Notes under the pieces: model-generated
Told to the model about the DNA's origin: nothing
The model's database searches: none
What the model saw: the letters and a program-made list of their open reading frames with translations, nothing else
Shown: piece after piece, positions 17,787 through 28,300 of the stretch
Layout: the number at the start of each line of letters is the position of its first letter
Numbering within the stretch: position 1 is the stretch's first letter
Translations under genes and position numbers: made by a program
NCBI GenBank assembly: GCA_025923035.1
Contig: JAICGQ010000001.1
Span: 1-53,764, forward strand
Length of the DNA stretch: 53,764 nt
From: Pyrinomonadaceae bacterium
GTDB taxonomy: Bacteria > Acidobacteriota > Blastocatellia > Pyrinomonadales > Pyrinomonadaceae
Direction of reading: 5' to 3'

Positions 17787-19484
17787 ATGAGTGCACTTGC
17801 GGGGATACTCAATTTTGATCGAGCGCCTGGCGAATGTCACGCACTTGTTTGGGACGGGCGGTTGGATAATCGCGCCGAGTTGATTTCGCAACTTGGAAAT
17901 CGCGTCGAGCAGTCGTCAACCGACGTCGACATTGTGATGGCGTCGTACTTGAACTGGGGCATAGATTTTCTCCCTCATTTGATCGGCGACTTCGCCCTTT
18001 CCTTGTGGGACCAAACCACACGGACGTTGATCCTGGCGCGCGACGCATTCGGAACACGACCGATCTACTACCGCGCGAATCCGCACGGCATCACGTGGTC
18101 GTCGGATCTCGCTTCTCTGCTGGACGTTGAGAAACTCGAAATCGATCGTGAATACGTCGCTTCCTATCTGAACGGCGCTCCCGATCTGGAGCGGACGGCT
18201 TACAAGAACATCCACTCTGTGCGACCCGGATCAGCGTTGATCATTCGCGACCATCGAATCGAGAAGCACGAGTTCTGGCGGCCCCATGTCAAACGAGAGG
18301 TTCGTTACCGTTCCGATTCAGAATACGAAGAACACTTTTGCGATCTGTTTCGCGATGCGGTTCGTTGTCGGCTGCGATCGGATGGTCCTGTTTGGGCGGA
18401 GCTGAGTGGCGGTCTCGACTCGTCGGCGATCGTGTGCATAGCCGATCAGATCGCCGGATCGTCGCAGATCGAAACCGTTTCTTACGTCTACGACAATTCT
18501 CGCGCCTCAGACGAGCGGCGTTTCATTGCAGCAGTCGAAGCACAGAGAGGCCGCGCGGGACATCATTTTCACGAGGACGATTCCGTAGGACGGTTTGTGA
18601 ATTTAGACGTCGCCTCGATCGTTAGACCAAACCCCACTTACCGCTTTACCGCACGACACGATTGGGTGCGACGGCAGATGCAGGAAACCGGCAGTAGCGT
18701 GTTGCTCTCCGGAATCGGCGGCGACAACTTACTGTGGAGCGGCGCTGAAACCTCGCCGGAACTCGCGGACCTGCTGGTCCAGCTAAAGCTGCCGTCGCTA
18801 CATCGCGCGGTCAAGCTGTGGAGCCGTGCAACGCGAGATTCGTACGCCGCGACGTTGTGGCGCGGCGCGGTGTTGCCCTGTGTGAAACCCTCACTGCCAG
18901 GCACATCCGCGCTAATCGACCGCGATTTTGCGAAACAGATGCAGCTTCAGGAGCGCAAAACACAGGCGATTGACGCGCAGGGTTTCAAGCTGCCGAGCGC
19001 ACGTGCGCAGGCTTGCTTGTTGGCGTCGGTGGTTCGTGCGGTTGCGAGTTGCTACTACCTGGATCGCGTTGCCACTGAGTATCGCTTCCCGTTCCTGCAC
19101 CGGCCGCTCGTCGAGTTCCTCCTTGCCGTTCCGATCGAACAGAAGCTACGGCCCGGCGAAAACCGATCGCTGCAGCGACGTGCGTTGAGGCATGTGTTGC
19201 CGGCGGCGATCCTGAGGCGGCAAAGCAAGCGGTGTTCGACCGAAGCGCTGTGTCGCACGCTTGCGGCCAACTGGCGCGAAGTCGAGCCGTTGTTCAAAGC
19301 GCCGCTGGTGTGCGAGTACGGCTTCGTCGATCCAAAAGCGTTTGCCGACGCCGCGAGGTTGATCCGGCACGGCTTGCAGAATCCCGGCGGAGAACTGGTG
19401 GGCGTACTTTCGGTCGAGCTTTGGTTACGAGGGCTCGAGTCGAACAGAGCATCGTCGTTGCGAGAGGTGAAATTGGCAAGCTGA
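17787..19484 (+). CDS. lasso peptide cyclase candidate 1 (asparagine synthetase B-like, C-type)
   Basis: AsnB-like fold lacking the N-terminal catalytic Cys (starts MSALAGIL). PP-loop SGGLDSS present. Located directly upstream of the B protein. ATG 17787 preferred over the listed 17709. Confidence 0.85.
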   Translation: MSALAGILNFDRAPGECHALVWDGRLDNRAELISQLGNRVEQSSTDVDIVMASYLNWGIDFLPHLIGDFALSLWDQTTRTLILARDAFGTRPIYYRANPHGITWSSDLASLLDVEKLEIDREYVASYLNGAPDLERTAYKNIHSVRPGSALIIRDHRIEKHEFWRPHVKREVRYRSDSEYEEHFCDLFRDAVRCRLRSDGPVWAELSGGLDSSAIVCIADQIAGSSQIETVSYVYDNSRASDERRFIAAVEAQRGRAGHHFHEDDSVGRFVNLDVASIVRPNPTYRFTARHDWVRRQMQETGSSVLLSGIGGDNLLWSGAETSPELADLLVQLKLPSLHRAVKLWSRATRDSYAATLWRGAVLPCVKPSLPGTSALIDRDFAKQMQLQERKTQAIDAQGFKLPSARAQACLLASVVRAVASCYYLDRVATEYRFPFLHRPLVEFLLAVPIEQKLRPGENRSLQRRALRHVLPAAILRRQSKRCSTEALCRTLAANWREVEPLFKAPLVCEYGFVDPKAFADAARLIRHGLQNPGGELVGVLSVELWLRGLESNRASSLREVKLAS

Positions 19485-19500
19485 GAGAAGGAGCACGTCA

Positions 19501-20271
19501 ATGACCAATAGTGATGGACCGTCTTACCGTGTCGCCTCCGATGTTTGTTTCAGCACAGACGCCGAGGGAACGATCATTCTCGACGTCCAGGGCGGGAAGT
19601 TTCACAGCTTGATTCAGGGCGGGAGCAAGGCGTGGTCCATTCTCACTGCACACCGCCAGGGAATCACGCAGAAAGAACTCGTCGATCAGTTGATGGTCCA
19701 TGACGAAGAGTGCGCGCAGGAGCCACGCGACAAAGTCGATTCAGCCATCCAGCGCATCCTGCAACAACTCATGCGCGACGGATTGCTCACGACGGACCAG
19801 TCATACAATCGTTCAACCCTGGAAACTCTCAAGTGTCGCTTGTGTGAAGCCGGCGCGACTGCCGTTCGCCACACGAGCAACACGTTGATCCGTTTTCGGA
19901 GTGTGCCGGCGGCCGCGTTCATTGAATTTGTGTTCTACGAGGTGATCCGCAGATTCGGCGGCTTCTATGCGCGGCACAAGATCATTCGTCAGTGGCCCAT
20001 CGCGAACGCGCGCCGGAACGACGACATTGACCTGCCTGGACTGTGCGAGGCGGTGCACACGGCGGCCGTCTGGTATCCAAAACAAACATTGTGTTTGCAG
20101 AAGGCTTCGGTGACGACGAGCCTGTTGCGCCAGCACGGCTTTCAGGCCGACATGAAGATCGGTGTGCGCAAACAACCGTTTCATGCTCACGCCTGGGTCG
20201 AAGTTGATGGCCAGGTTGTGGGCGACCATCAAAACGTCCGCAAGTATTTCAAAGAAATTGCAAGCTGGTAA
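19501..20271 (+). CDS. fused lasso peptide B1-B2 protein (PqqD-like RRE + transglutaminase-like leader peptidase)
   Basis: The N-terminus resembles PqqD/RRE (GTIILDVQGGKFHSLIQGGSKAWSIL...ITQKELVDQL). The C-terminus has Cys/His/Asp peptidase elements (TLCLQKA...HAHAWVEVDGQVVGD). AAGGAG RBS upstream. Confidence 0.85.
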   Translation: MTNSDGPSYRVASDVCFSTDAEGTIILDVQGGKFHSLIQGGSKAWSILTAHRQGITQKELVDQLMVHDEECAQEPRDKVDSAIQRILQQLMRDGLLTTDQSYNRSTLETLKCRLCEAGATAVRHTSNTLIRFRSVPAAAFIEFVFYEVIRRFGGFYARHKIIRQWPIANARRNDDIDLPGLCEAVHTAAVWYPKQTLCLQKASVTTSLLRQHGFQADMKIGVRKQPFHAHAWVEVDGQVVGDHQNVRKYFKEIASW

Positions 20272-20299
20272 GGCAAAAGCACGAAGCACGAGGATCGCC

Positions 20300-22234
20300 A
20301 TGAGTGGGATCGGAACAATATTCAGCTTTGACGACGCACCTGTCAGTAAAGAACGGTTGCAGTTACTGAGCGAGAGCCTGTCGGCTCGTGGGTCGGACGG
20401 CATCTTCTCGTTTTGCGCGGCAACGGTCGGCATGTGTTTCAGCGCCCTGCACACTACGCGCGAATCGTGGTCCGAGAAGCAGCCGTTGATCACCGCTGAC
20501 GGGAACGTGCTCGTGATGGACGGAATCCTGTTCAATCGCGAGGAGCTGATTGATTTGCTGCGCCTCGCGCCCGACGACGATCGGACGGATGCGGGCATTG
20601 TGAGTGCGGGACTGCGAAAGCATGGCGCCGGCTTCCTGGCGAAAATCGCCGGCGACTTCGCGATCGTTCACTACGATCGCAGATCTAACAGTCTGCTGCT
20701 CGCGCGAGATCCATTCGGGATGCGGCAGTTGTATTACCACCAGCAGCGAGACGAGCTGTTGGTCGCGTCAGATCTCGCCGCACTAATCAAAGTTGCCGGC
20801 AGGCCTGCCGAATTGGACCAGGAATACATTTGCACTTACCTGGTGACGGTTCCCGAGGTCGGAAGAACACCATATCGCGGCTTCTATCCCGTACAACCCG
20901 GACACCTGATCCTGGCGCGTAATCGACAACTCACCACGAGCCGGTTCTGGCACCCTGAGTCGATCAAGGAGATTGTTTACCAAACAGACAGTGAGTACGA
21001 GGAACACTGTCGCCACCTGATGACGGAGGGAGTGCGTCAGTGTCTGCGGACCGACGATCGTCCGATCTGGTCAACGTTGAGTGGCGGTCTCGACTCTAGC
21101 ACTGTCGTTTGTCTCGCCCATAAATTGATTCGGAGCGGTAAGGCGGAGACCAGGGAGCTGCAAAGCGTTTCGATTGTGTTTGACGAAGCGCGGTCCGCCG
21201 ACGAGCGACGATTCATTCGCGCGGTAGAAGAGCAGGTGGGCCACGCCGGGATTCACCTGAGCGATGATTCCTACTGGCTGGCGATCCCGTCGCCTGAGAG
21301 CGCGTTTCTGCGCGTGCCGACGCCGCTGCTTTGCGTTCCGGGACGGCAGGATCGAATCCGGGAACTAATGATCGAACAAGGCGCGCGCGTGTTGCTCAAC
21401 GGGTTGGGAGGCGACCAGATCTTCTGGAACATGCCGATACCGTCGCCGCAGATGTCAACCCAGCTACTGAACCTCGAGTTCACCGCGCTGCATCAAGCCA
21501 CGAAAGCGTGGAGCCGCGCGTTCAAACAACCTTACCTGCACACGCTATGGAAGATGTCGTTCCTGCCATTCATGCCGGACGTGGTAAAGGCTTTGTTTCA
21601 GCCCAAACTGTTGATTCCGGAGTGGCTCGATCGAGACTTTGCGCGCCGGATGCGGTTACGCGAGCGAACGCTCGAACCTCGCGATCCATACGGGTTCGAC
21701 GGTCCCGGCAAGCAAATCCAATCCGGTGTTTTCCAGCAGCTCATTCGCATGATCGCGAGTGGAGAATTCGCGGAACGAGACGGCATCGAATGGAGAGCGC
21801 CACTGCTGTACCGTCCTCTCGTCGAATTCGCTTTCGCAATCCCGTTCGAACAGAAGTTGCGGCCCGGCGAGATCCGGTCGCTGATGCGGAGAGCATTGCG
21901 GAACGACTTGCCTGAAAGAGTCCTCCATCGCCCGGGCAAGGGAGAGATCAGCGAAGCGATGCACAAAGGATTGCTGAGGCAAAGCAGCACAATCGATCAA
22001 CTGCTTGCCGATCCACTGGTTTGTTCACTTGGCTATGTAGATCGAGAACGACTGCGGTCAGCCGTCAGCCTGGCAAAACACGGCGCGAAACTGAATGTTG
22101 GCGCACTACTCAACACAATATCGCTGGAGATCTGGCTGCAGTCGTTTCGACACCACGGTGGGATCCTGAACTCGACCAGCAACGCAAACGCGGGTTCGAT
22201 CTTGCCGCTGTTGTCACAACCTGCAAACGCCTGA
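20300..22234 (+). CDS. lasso peptide cyclase candidate 2 (asparagine synthetase B-like, C-type)
   Basis: Second AsnB-like ORF (starts MSGIGTIF, no Cys2) with PP-loop SGGLDSS. Colinear with cyclase 1 along its length. ATG 20300 has a GAGGA RBS and is preferred over the listed 20162. Confidence 0.85.
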   Translation: MSGIGTIFSFDDAPVSKERLQLLSESLSARGSDGIFSFCAATVGMCFSALHTTRESWSEKQPLITADGNVLVMDGILFNREELIDLLRLAPDDDRTDAGIVSAGLRKHGAGFLAKIAGDFAIVHYDRRSNSLLLARDPFGMRQLYYHQQRDELLVASDLAALIKVAGRPAELDQEYICTYLVTVPEVGRTPYRGFYPVQPGHLILARNRQLTTSRFWHPESIKEIVYQTDSEYEEHCRHLMTEGVRQCLRTDDRPIWSTLSGGLDSSTVVCLAHKLIRSGKAETRELQSVSIVFDEARSADERRFIRAVEEQVGHAGIHLSDDSYWLAIPSPESAFLRVPTPLLCVPGRQDRIRELMIEQGARVLLNGLGGDQIFWNMPIPSPQMSTQLLNLEFTALHQATKAWSRAFKQPYLHTLWKMSFLPFMPDVVKALFQPKLLIPEWLDRDFARRMRLRERTLEPRDPYGFDGPGKQIQSGVFQQLIRMIASGEFAERDGIEWRAPLLYRPLVEFAFAIPFEQKLRPGEIRSLMRRALRNDLPERVLHRPGKGEISEAMHKGLLRQSSTIDQLLADPLVCSLGYVDRERLRSAVSLAKHGAKLNVGALLNTISLEIWLQSFRHHGGILNSTSNANAGSILPLLSQPANA

Positions 22235-22264
22235 GTTGATTCTTGAAGAAAGGAGGAAGCGGCC

Positions 22265-22399
22265 ATGACTCACGAAGCATTTGAAGCGGTCGACCTCGGT
22301 CACGCGGAAGAATTGATCGAAATCGGCATGCATGAAACGGACGAAGAAATGTGGCTGAAGTTTACGCCGGGAGCGACGCCTTACGTCGAGTTTGAGTAG
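22265..22399 (+). CDS. lasso peptide precursor candidate A1 (44 aa): MTHEAFEAVDLGHAEELIEIGMHETDEEMWLKFTPGATPYVEFE
   Basis: Hand-translated. AAAGGAGG RBS 7 nt upstream. Paralogous to the next small ORF. The leader-like V-x-LG-x-A-x6-G pattern resembles proteobacterial lasso leaders. Putative core has Gly1 and Glu7/Glu8. Confidence 0.7.
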   Translation: MTHEAFEAVDLGHAEELIEIGMHETDEEMWLKFTPGATPYVEFE

Positions 22400-22470
22400 A
22401 TACAACGAAACATCAAATTGGCTTCATGAAGCGGATCCGTCAGAACAATCTGAGAAAGGAGACCAGGCAG

Positions 22471-22608
22471 ATGACTTACGAATCTTTCGAAGTGGTGGAG
22501 TTGGGCAAGGCCGAGGTCGAAATCGAAATCGGCAACTTGAACGCGCCCGAGGAAGTCGATCGAAAATTCCTCGATTCCGTCGCGCCATACGTTGAATTCG
22601 ACGAGTAA
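22471..22608 (+). CDS. lasso peptide precursor candidate A2 (45 aa): MTYESFEVVELGKAEVEIEIGNLNAPEEVDRKFLDSVAPYVEFDE
   Basis: An internal ATG of the listed 60-aa ORF is preceded by an AAAGGAG RBS. Aligns with A1 without gaps through the predicted core, conserving G1, E7, E8, K12, F13 and P19-Y-V-E-F23. Confidence 0.7.
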   Translation: MTYESFEVVELGKAEVEIEIGNLNAPEEVDRKFLDSVAPYVEFDE

Positions 22609-22626
22609 CGCGAGAACAAGTGATGA

Positions 22627-22652
22627 GCAGGAGACAGTCATCTGTCTCCTGC
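22627..22652. terminator. perfect 11-bp stem / 4-nt loop hairpin between convergent operons
   Basis: GCAGGAGACAG-TCAT-CTGTCTCCTGC lies between the A2 stop (22608) and the peptidase stop (22679). No clear U-tract follows. Confidence 0.55.
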
Positions 22653-22678
22653 CTGTCACGGGATCAGTTGCGCGGTGG

Positions 22679-25297
22679 TCACTTCGTTTTTGCTGACTGG
22701 TTTGGTTGCCGGTTCAGCAGAAACTCATCAAACCAGTTGAATATGTGTTCGTACATGTCGAGCACATTTCCCGGAGATTCGATGGAGTGGCCTTCGGCGA
22801 GATAACGGACGAGCTTTGCGCGTTTTCCCAGGCGATTCAACGCAACAAAGAACTGTTCGGCCTCGGAAAGCGGATGAGCGTCGAGCTCTCCGTGGATCAT
22901 TAGCAGTGGCGTCGTGACTTTATCGACGTGAACGTATGGACTGTTTCGCAAGTACCGATCGAGGTCTTTCCATGGAGGCACACCCATACGCATTTGGTGC
23001 GCTTCCACAAGAAACGGCGCCCACAGCGGATTGGGTACATCGCTAAAGCGATACCGGATGTCAAGTCGGCCATAAGCACTCAGCAGATCGTTGACGCCGG
23101 CTAATGCTACAGCAGCTTTGAAGCGTCCGGTCTGCGTTACCAGGGCGTAAACGCTATAACCACCGTAGCTAAAGCCCATGAGACCGGTGCGATCGGGATC
23201 GGCAATCCCCATTTCCACAACCTTCTCGACGGCTGGTTTTACACCCTTATCAAGTTCCAGCATGGGATCACTTTGCACTCCCATTGGTGCAAGAGGAACG
23301 CTCGGATAGAGCACGGCGTAACCATGGCCCGCGAGAACCAATGGATCCGGGTAATCGCGCGACCTCCATTTATACGGATTCGCCCAATCGCCCGTCGGCG
23401 GTACACTGCCGCCGTAAACAGAAACTACTAACGGGTATCGATGTCCGGCCGTGTAACCATAGGGCAGGAGTAGAGCTCCGGAAAGCTGTTTACCCTCCGC
23501 TGTTTGATATTGAATGGTGCGATATTGAGGCTTTGCGATGGCGTCGAGTTGCCGGTTCAAAGAAACCAATGTGATCGACTTGGGACCATGTGCGCGCGCG
23601 TCGAGTAAACGAAGCTCTGTGTTCTCGCTTTCGTAAGCGAGCAATCGGCGTTTAGGTGAATAGCCCGCGAAGACGCTTCCGGCCGGCATCGTACCGAGCT
23701 TAACGGGTGCACCGCCGATAAGGTCCAACCGTAGAAGTTCAGAGCCGCCGGCACTTGACTGCGTAATGACGAGATGATCGGTAGGTCGATGGGCATCGGC
23801 AGGACGCGGCGAAACGATCGATGCTGCATCACTCAGGGCTTTTGCTGTTCGCGCTGCCGGATCTATGGCCCACACGCGTCCGGTGCTCGCACCGGCCATC
23901 AGATTTGAGTTTTGAATCTTGAAGAGTGACCGCGGAGACTGGGCCATCTCGCCCGTTAGCTTGTGATAAGAACCGGCGGAAGAGACGATCCACCAGTCGC
24001 GCTTCGCGGTCTCGCGGCTGTTGTCCAGAGCAAAGCCTCGCACGTCCTTAAGAGAGACTTCCGCGTCCAGGCTGGATCTGTCTCCCGCGTAGCCGTAAAC
24101 CAGAAGGTCTCCGCTGGCGGACCATTGGACGTCCTCCGCGGTCAGGAACTGCTTATCGCCTGGGTCGTATTTGACTGCCGCCACTGCTTCCGGTTTTTCC
24201 TGATCTCCGCGCACGTTGAAAACGGCGGGCGCGACGTCGTTGACTGACGTTCCGATGAAAGCGAAGGTAGAACCCGACGGCGCCCATCGCATTGACGTTG
24301 GTATCACTGCCAACGAGAAAGTCGCCGGTCGCACGTTCGGCACCCATGCCGGGACCGTATTTGTTTTAGTCAGATTTGCGACGCCGAGTCTTAACCTCGT
24401 GATGTCTTCGGTGCGTGGCGGTCTGTCCGGATCTACTGTGCTCGGATAATCCGTTGCGAGAATTGCGGCTGATTTATGGTCCGGCGAGATTGAAACGATG
24501 CGTTGCGAGAGACGCGTCTCGATAAGCGGGATACGCGTTACGATCCGCGTCTTGTTCGTGGCCAGGTCAATCAAACTCAGGCTCACATTCTTCTGTTGAG
24601 CTGATGGGTGCTCCACTTGCTCCGTATCGAGAATGCTGGCAGTGACACCGCGGCCGCGCTTCACATCAGCCATCGCTTTAGCGGCGATGCGGAACGTTCG
24701 TTCACTCTCGTCCATGGCGAGAGAGCGTATGCCCGGAGGCAGGACTCCCAGTAGCAGTTGATTCGATCCGAGCCACGCGATCGTCGACGTTTTGTTTTCG
24801 AGCGTCTCGATCGAGAGGCCAAGATCCACGCCATCGGTCGTACAGGCGCGCAGGCGTTGAGTGCTGAGATCGTAAACGTACGCGCGCACGTTATCGCCGC
24901 GCGTGGAGACCATAGCCAGCCGCTTGCCATCAGGTGACCATAGAGGGTTCCAGTAACCCGCGTGAACTGCTTCGCCACGCGTAACATTGATTAGTGTCTT
25001 GCCGTCAGTTGATGCGAGCCAAACATCGCTGCGTTCCAGTCCTCCCAGATATCCGGGTTCATACGACTCCCCCACCTTCTTGGGTCTCTGGATAACGATG
25101 GCCGCCCACATGCCATCGGGCGAGAACGCTGTTGCTTTGATGGCGTGCACCGTGAGCAGATCCTGAGGAACCATTGCGCGGCCGGGCGCGTTGGGTTGTG
25201 ATCTCGCGACATCACCTGGCCTGATGAGAACCAGTGCGACACAAAGAACCGGCAGCAGCAGATGATGGCGCGCGCGCGCGCTTGGTTTGCGGTACAT
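22679..25297 (-). CDS. S9 (prolyl oligopeptidase family) serine peptidase with N-terminal beta-propeller; lasso isopeptidase-like candidate
   Basis: Signal peptide, then a long TolB/WD40-like propeller region. The C-terminal alpha/beta hydrolase domain has GFSYGG (GxSxGG), HGELDAH and EGHSI triad elements. Convergent with the lasso operon. Confidence 0.8.
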   Translation of the reverse strand: MYRKPSARARHHLLLPVLCVALVLIRPGDVARSQPNAPGRAMVPQDLLTVHAIKATAFSPDGMWAAIVIQRPKKVGESYEPGYLGGLERSDVWLASTDGKTLINVTRGEAVHAGYWNPLWSPDGKRLAMVSTRGDNVRAYVYDLSTQRLRACTTDGVDLGLSIETLENKTSTIAWLGSNQLLLGVLPPGIRSLAMDESERTFRIAAKAMADVKRGRGVTASILDTEQVEHPSAQQKNVSLSLIDLATNKTRIVTRIPLIETRLSQRIVSISPDHKSAAILATDYPSTVDPDRPPRTEDITRLRLGVANLTKTNTVPAWVPNVRPATFSLAVIPTSMRWAPSGSTFAFIGTSVNDVAPAVFNVRGDQEKPEAVAAVKYDPGDKQFLTAEDVQWSASGDLLVYGYAGDRSSLDAEVSLKDVRGFALDNSRETAKRDWWIVSSAGSYHKLTGEMAQSPRSLFKIQNSNLMAGASTGRVWAIDPAARTAKALSDAASIVSPRPADAHRPTDHLVITQSSAGGSELLRLDLIGGAPVKLGTMPAGSVFAGYSPKRRLLAYESENTELRLLDARAHGPKSITLVSLNRQLDAIAKPQYRTIQYQTAEGKQLSGALLLPYGYTAGHRYPLVVSVYGGSVPPTGDWANPYKWRSRDYPDPLVLAGHGYAVLYPSVPLAPMGVQSDPMLELDKGVKPAVEKVVEMGIADPDRTGLMGFSYGGYSVYALVTQTGRFKAAVALAGVNDLLSAYGRLDIRYRFSDVPNPLWAPFLVEAHQMRMGVPPWKDLDRYLRNSPYVHVDKVTTPLLMIHGELDAHPLSEAEQFFVALNRLGKRAKLVRYLAEGHSIESPGNVLDMYEHIFNWFDEFLLNRQPNQSAKTK

Positions 25298-25311
25298 GGT
25301 CGTCTTTGTCC

Positions 25312-28300
25312 TCAGAACATGAGCTTCAAAGCGAACTGCATCGAGCGTGGTCCACCAATCTGATACAGCGGATTGAATCCGCCGGTCGCGCCGCCGCTTC
25401 CAAGACTGCGCCCAAACATGGTTTGAGAGAACCCGAATGCCGTGTTCAAACTATTGCCTGAATAAACCGTGCCGACGGGATCCGCGAAGTTTGGGTGATT
25501 AAAAATATTGAATGCTTCGGTACGAAACTGAAGCCGCAGCCGATCTTTCAAACGAAAGTCGCGGCGGAAGGCGAGATCGAGTTGGTAGACCGGGAACCCT
25601 CTCAGGAAATTGCGCGGAAGATTACCTTGTCGATTCTCCACGGGCGCCAGAAACGGACCAACTTGCGGACGTGGGTTGCCGGGGATCGTTACCGTCTGAT
25701 TGTTAAATCGCATTCCACCCGGAGCTTTCGGATCTTCGAGGTAGAGCGGTATTCCTTCGATAAGATCCGGCCGAAAGCTGAAAGTACCAAACCCGATATT
25801 GCGCGAGTAGACAATGTTTACGGGACCAGCAGATCGGCCGGTGAAGATCGTGTCGACCGACCAATCCTTCAACAGTTCACGGCCGACGCCTCCGAAAGCT
25901 GGAGCGGGAATGTTGTACGTAAGGGCGGCGGAAAACTGGTGCCGGATGTCGAAGTCCGATGGTCCTCTATCGATCTGCGGATCGAGCTTGTCACTTGGCG
26001 TCAGGAAGGCTGCATCACTTGATACGTTGTCGAGCGACTCGGAAAACGTGTATGAGACCAGCGCCTGGAAACCTCGAGAAAGTCGACGACGAAACTGAAG
26101 CTGCAGTGAGTTGTAATCCGACGTAGCCGCATTCCTGCTGACGTCCACTATCTGGAACTTCGGGTTCGGATTGAAGTAACGCTCCATCCGCAGTAGCTCC
26201 CGTCCTTTGGCGGCGACGTAAGCCACGCTGGCTACCTGACTGGCCCCGAGAGACTGATCTACCGTGACGTTCCATTGATAAGTGCGTGGCAACTTCAGAT
26301 GCGGATCAGCGACAAAGATAGTGCTGGTAAACGGTTGATCGAGACTGAACGGTGGAGGCGTGGCCGCCGCTGCATTCAGCGGGTATGGCGTTAATGACGA
26401 GCCGCGCGAGCGGGAATAAGGAAAACTGGTGAACGCGTTGCCCAGGAAACCCGAGCCGAGATCGTAGAAGATACCCCAGCCGCCGCGAATGACGGTCGCT
26501 GAGTTTGTGTGCTCTCTCAGGTGATAGGCAATGCCGATGCGTGGTCCAAAGTTTCCATACGTCGTCTCATAGAGCGGCGTGCCGAGAGGTGCGATCGCAA
26601 ACGTCGCCGGATTATCCAAACCCGTACCGCTTATAAGCTCCTTCTCTCCTTTCGGCGCGGGGTTAATTTCCCATCGCACGCCGTACGTCAGCGTTAATTG
26701 TCGCGACAGCTTCCATGTGTCCTGGAAGTAGGTGGAGATGTTGTGAAAGATGGCTGAGTTGGGATCGGCGGCGGTTGCACTTGCAGCCAACGTGATTCCG
26801 GAAGCAGCCGTACCCGGAGTAGCAGCCCCGTTCGCGTCCAGCACTGACAAGAACGTGATGGTTTGACCATAGACTCGACTTCCCCAGTAAGGTGACATCC
26901 TGCGGTAATCGCCGCCGAACTTGAACTGATGATTGCCCTTACTCATCGAAGCGTTACCAACCACGTTATGTTGGCGCTGCAAGTTGTCGTTGAGTCTGCC
27001 GATCGTGAGCACGGGGTTGCGGCCGCCAAGCGCGACAAGAAAGAACAACAAACTATCGTTCGAAGAGAAAGGCGCCGGAAATAAAGCACTCTCGGGCGGC
27101 GGCGTTGCTCCGCCCAGACCGTCAATCAGAAACGCGCTGGTGCCACGGTTTCTGCTGTAGTTGTATCGAAAGTCCGCGGTCACCGCCGGTGAAGCAATGA
27201 ATGTCACGCCTGACGTCAGCGTAAGCGTCTTGCTGCCGACGACGTTGACGTTATTCAACGGTGAGAGATTCGCGCCGCGTTGCTCCAATTCAGAAGGTGC
27301 ATAGTTGAACCTGCCGAAGGCAGTCACTTTGCTGCTCAACACGTGGTCCATTCGCAGGCTGGTTGCGTCGAGCCGCGATGGATCGGAATAGCTTGCAACA
27401 AAGTCCGCCAGACCATTCACGCGGTCAGGCCCGGTCGGAAGCGGGTAGCCGTTCAGGATCGGTTTGACTCCGGCTGAAGCTACTTGCCGCGCCGCTCGCG
27501 ACGGCACATCCGTCGCCGCGAAAAACGGTTGGCGGAGACGCAATGCTTCATACGAGAAAAAGAAGAAGGTGCGGTCGTGCCCGTCGTACCAAACCGGTCG
27601 GGTGCCTTCGCCCAAGCCCGGCAGTAGCAATGGACCACCAAACACACCGCCATAATTGTTCTGCCGCAACGCCGCCTTTCTGAGGCCGGGATTCGCATTT
27701 ACAAACCAGTCAGTGGCATCGAGCACGTCATTGCGCAGGTACTCGAACAGCGTTCCGTTGTAAGAGTTGGTACCGGACCGGCTCGCAATCGTGACTTGCG
27801 CCCCCGGAGTTCGGCCAAACTCAGGCGCAAAGGTAGAAGTCAGAATCTTGAACTCCTGCACTGCATCAACGGACACCAGGTTGCTCGTGCCGCCCGAGAC
27901 GCTGAAACCCGGTAACGAACCCGTACTGCTTTGACCGATGTTGCCGGCGGGAATGATGCCGATGTTTGCGCTTACGCCATCGACCGTAAAGTAGTTTGCG
28001 TTGGCACGTTGACCGTTGACGCTGAACTGCCCCTGGTCAGTCACGGACGTCTTCGTCAACACAACTCCCGGCGAGAGCGTGATCAGCGACTGAAAACTCC
28101 GGCCATTCAGCGGCAGGTTTCCGACAAACTGCTGGTCCACTATCGTGCCGACCGCGGGCGATTGATCGAGTAGCGGCGGCGTGGACAGTACGTCCACTGA
28201 TGAGCTGCTCAACGAACCGACTTTAAGAGCAATGTTGATCTTCACCTGGTCGTTGACGTTTAGAACGACGTCCGGAACTTCCGCAGTCGTGAATCCCTCG

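Noticed and set aside
22363-22399. Alternative leader/core boundary in A1 at T-P|GATPYVEFE. It has Thr at -2 and Gly1, with Glu7 or Glu9.
   Set aside because: It would leave a 9-residue core with no tail to thread. The T-P-G context is also not conserved in the paralog A2 (D-S-V-A-P). The shared E-I-G junction 20 residues from the N-terminus fits both peptides.
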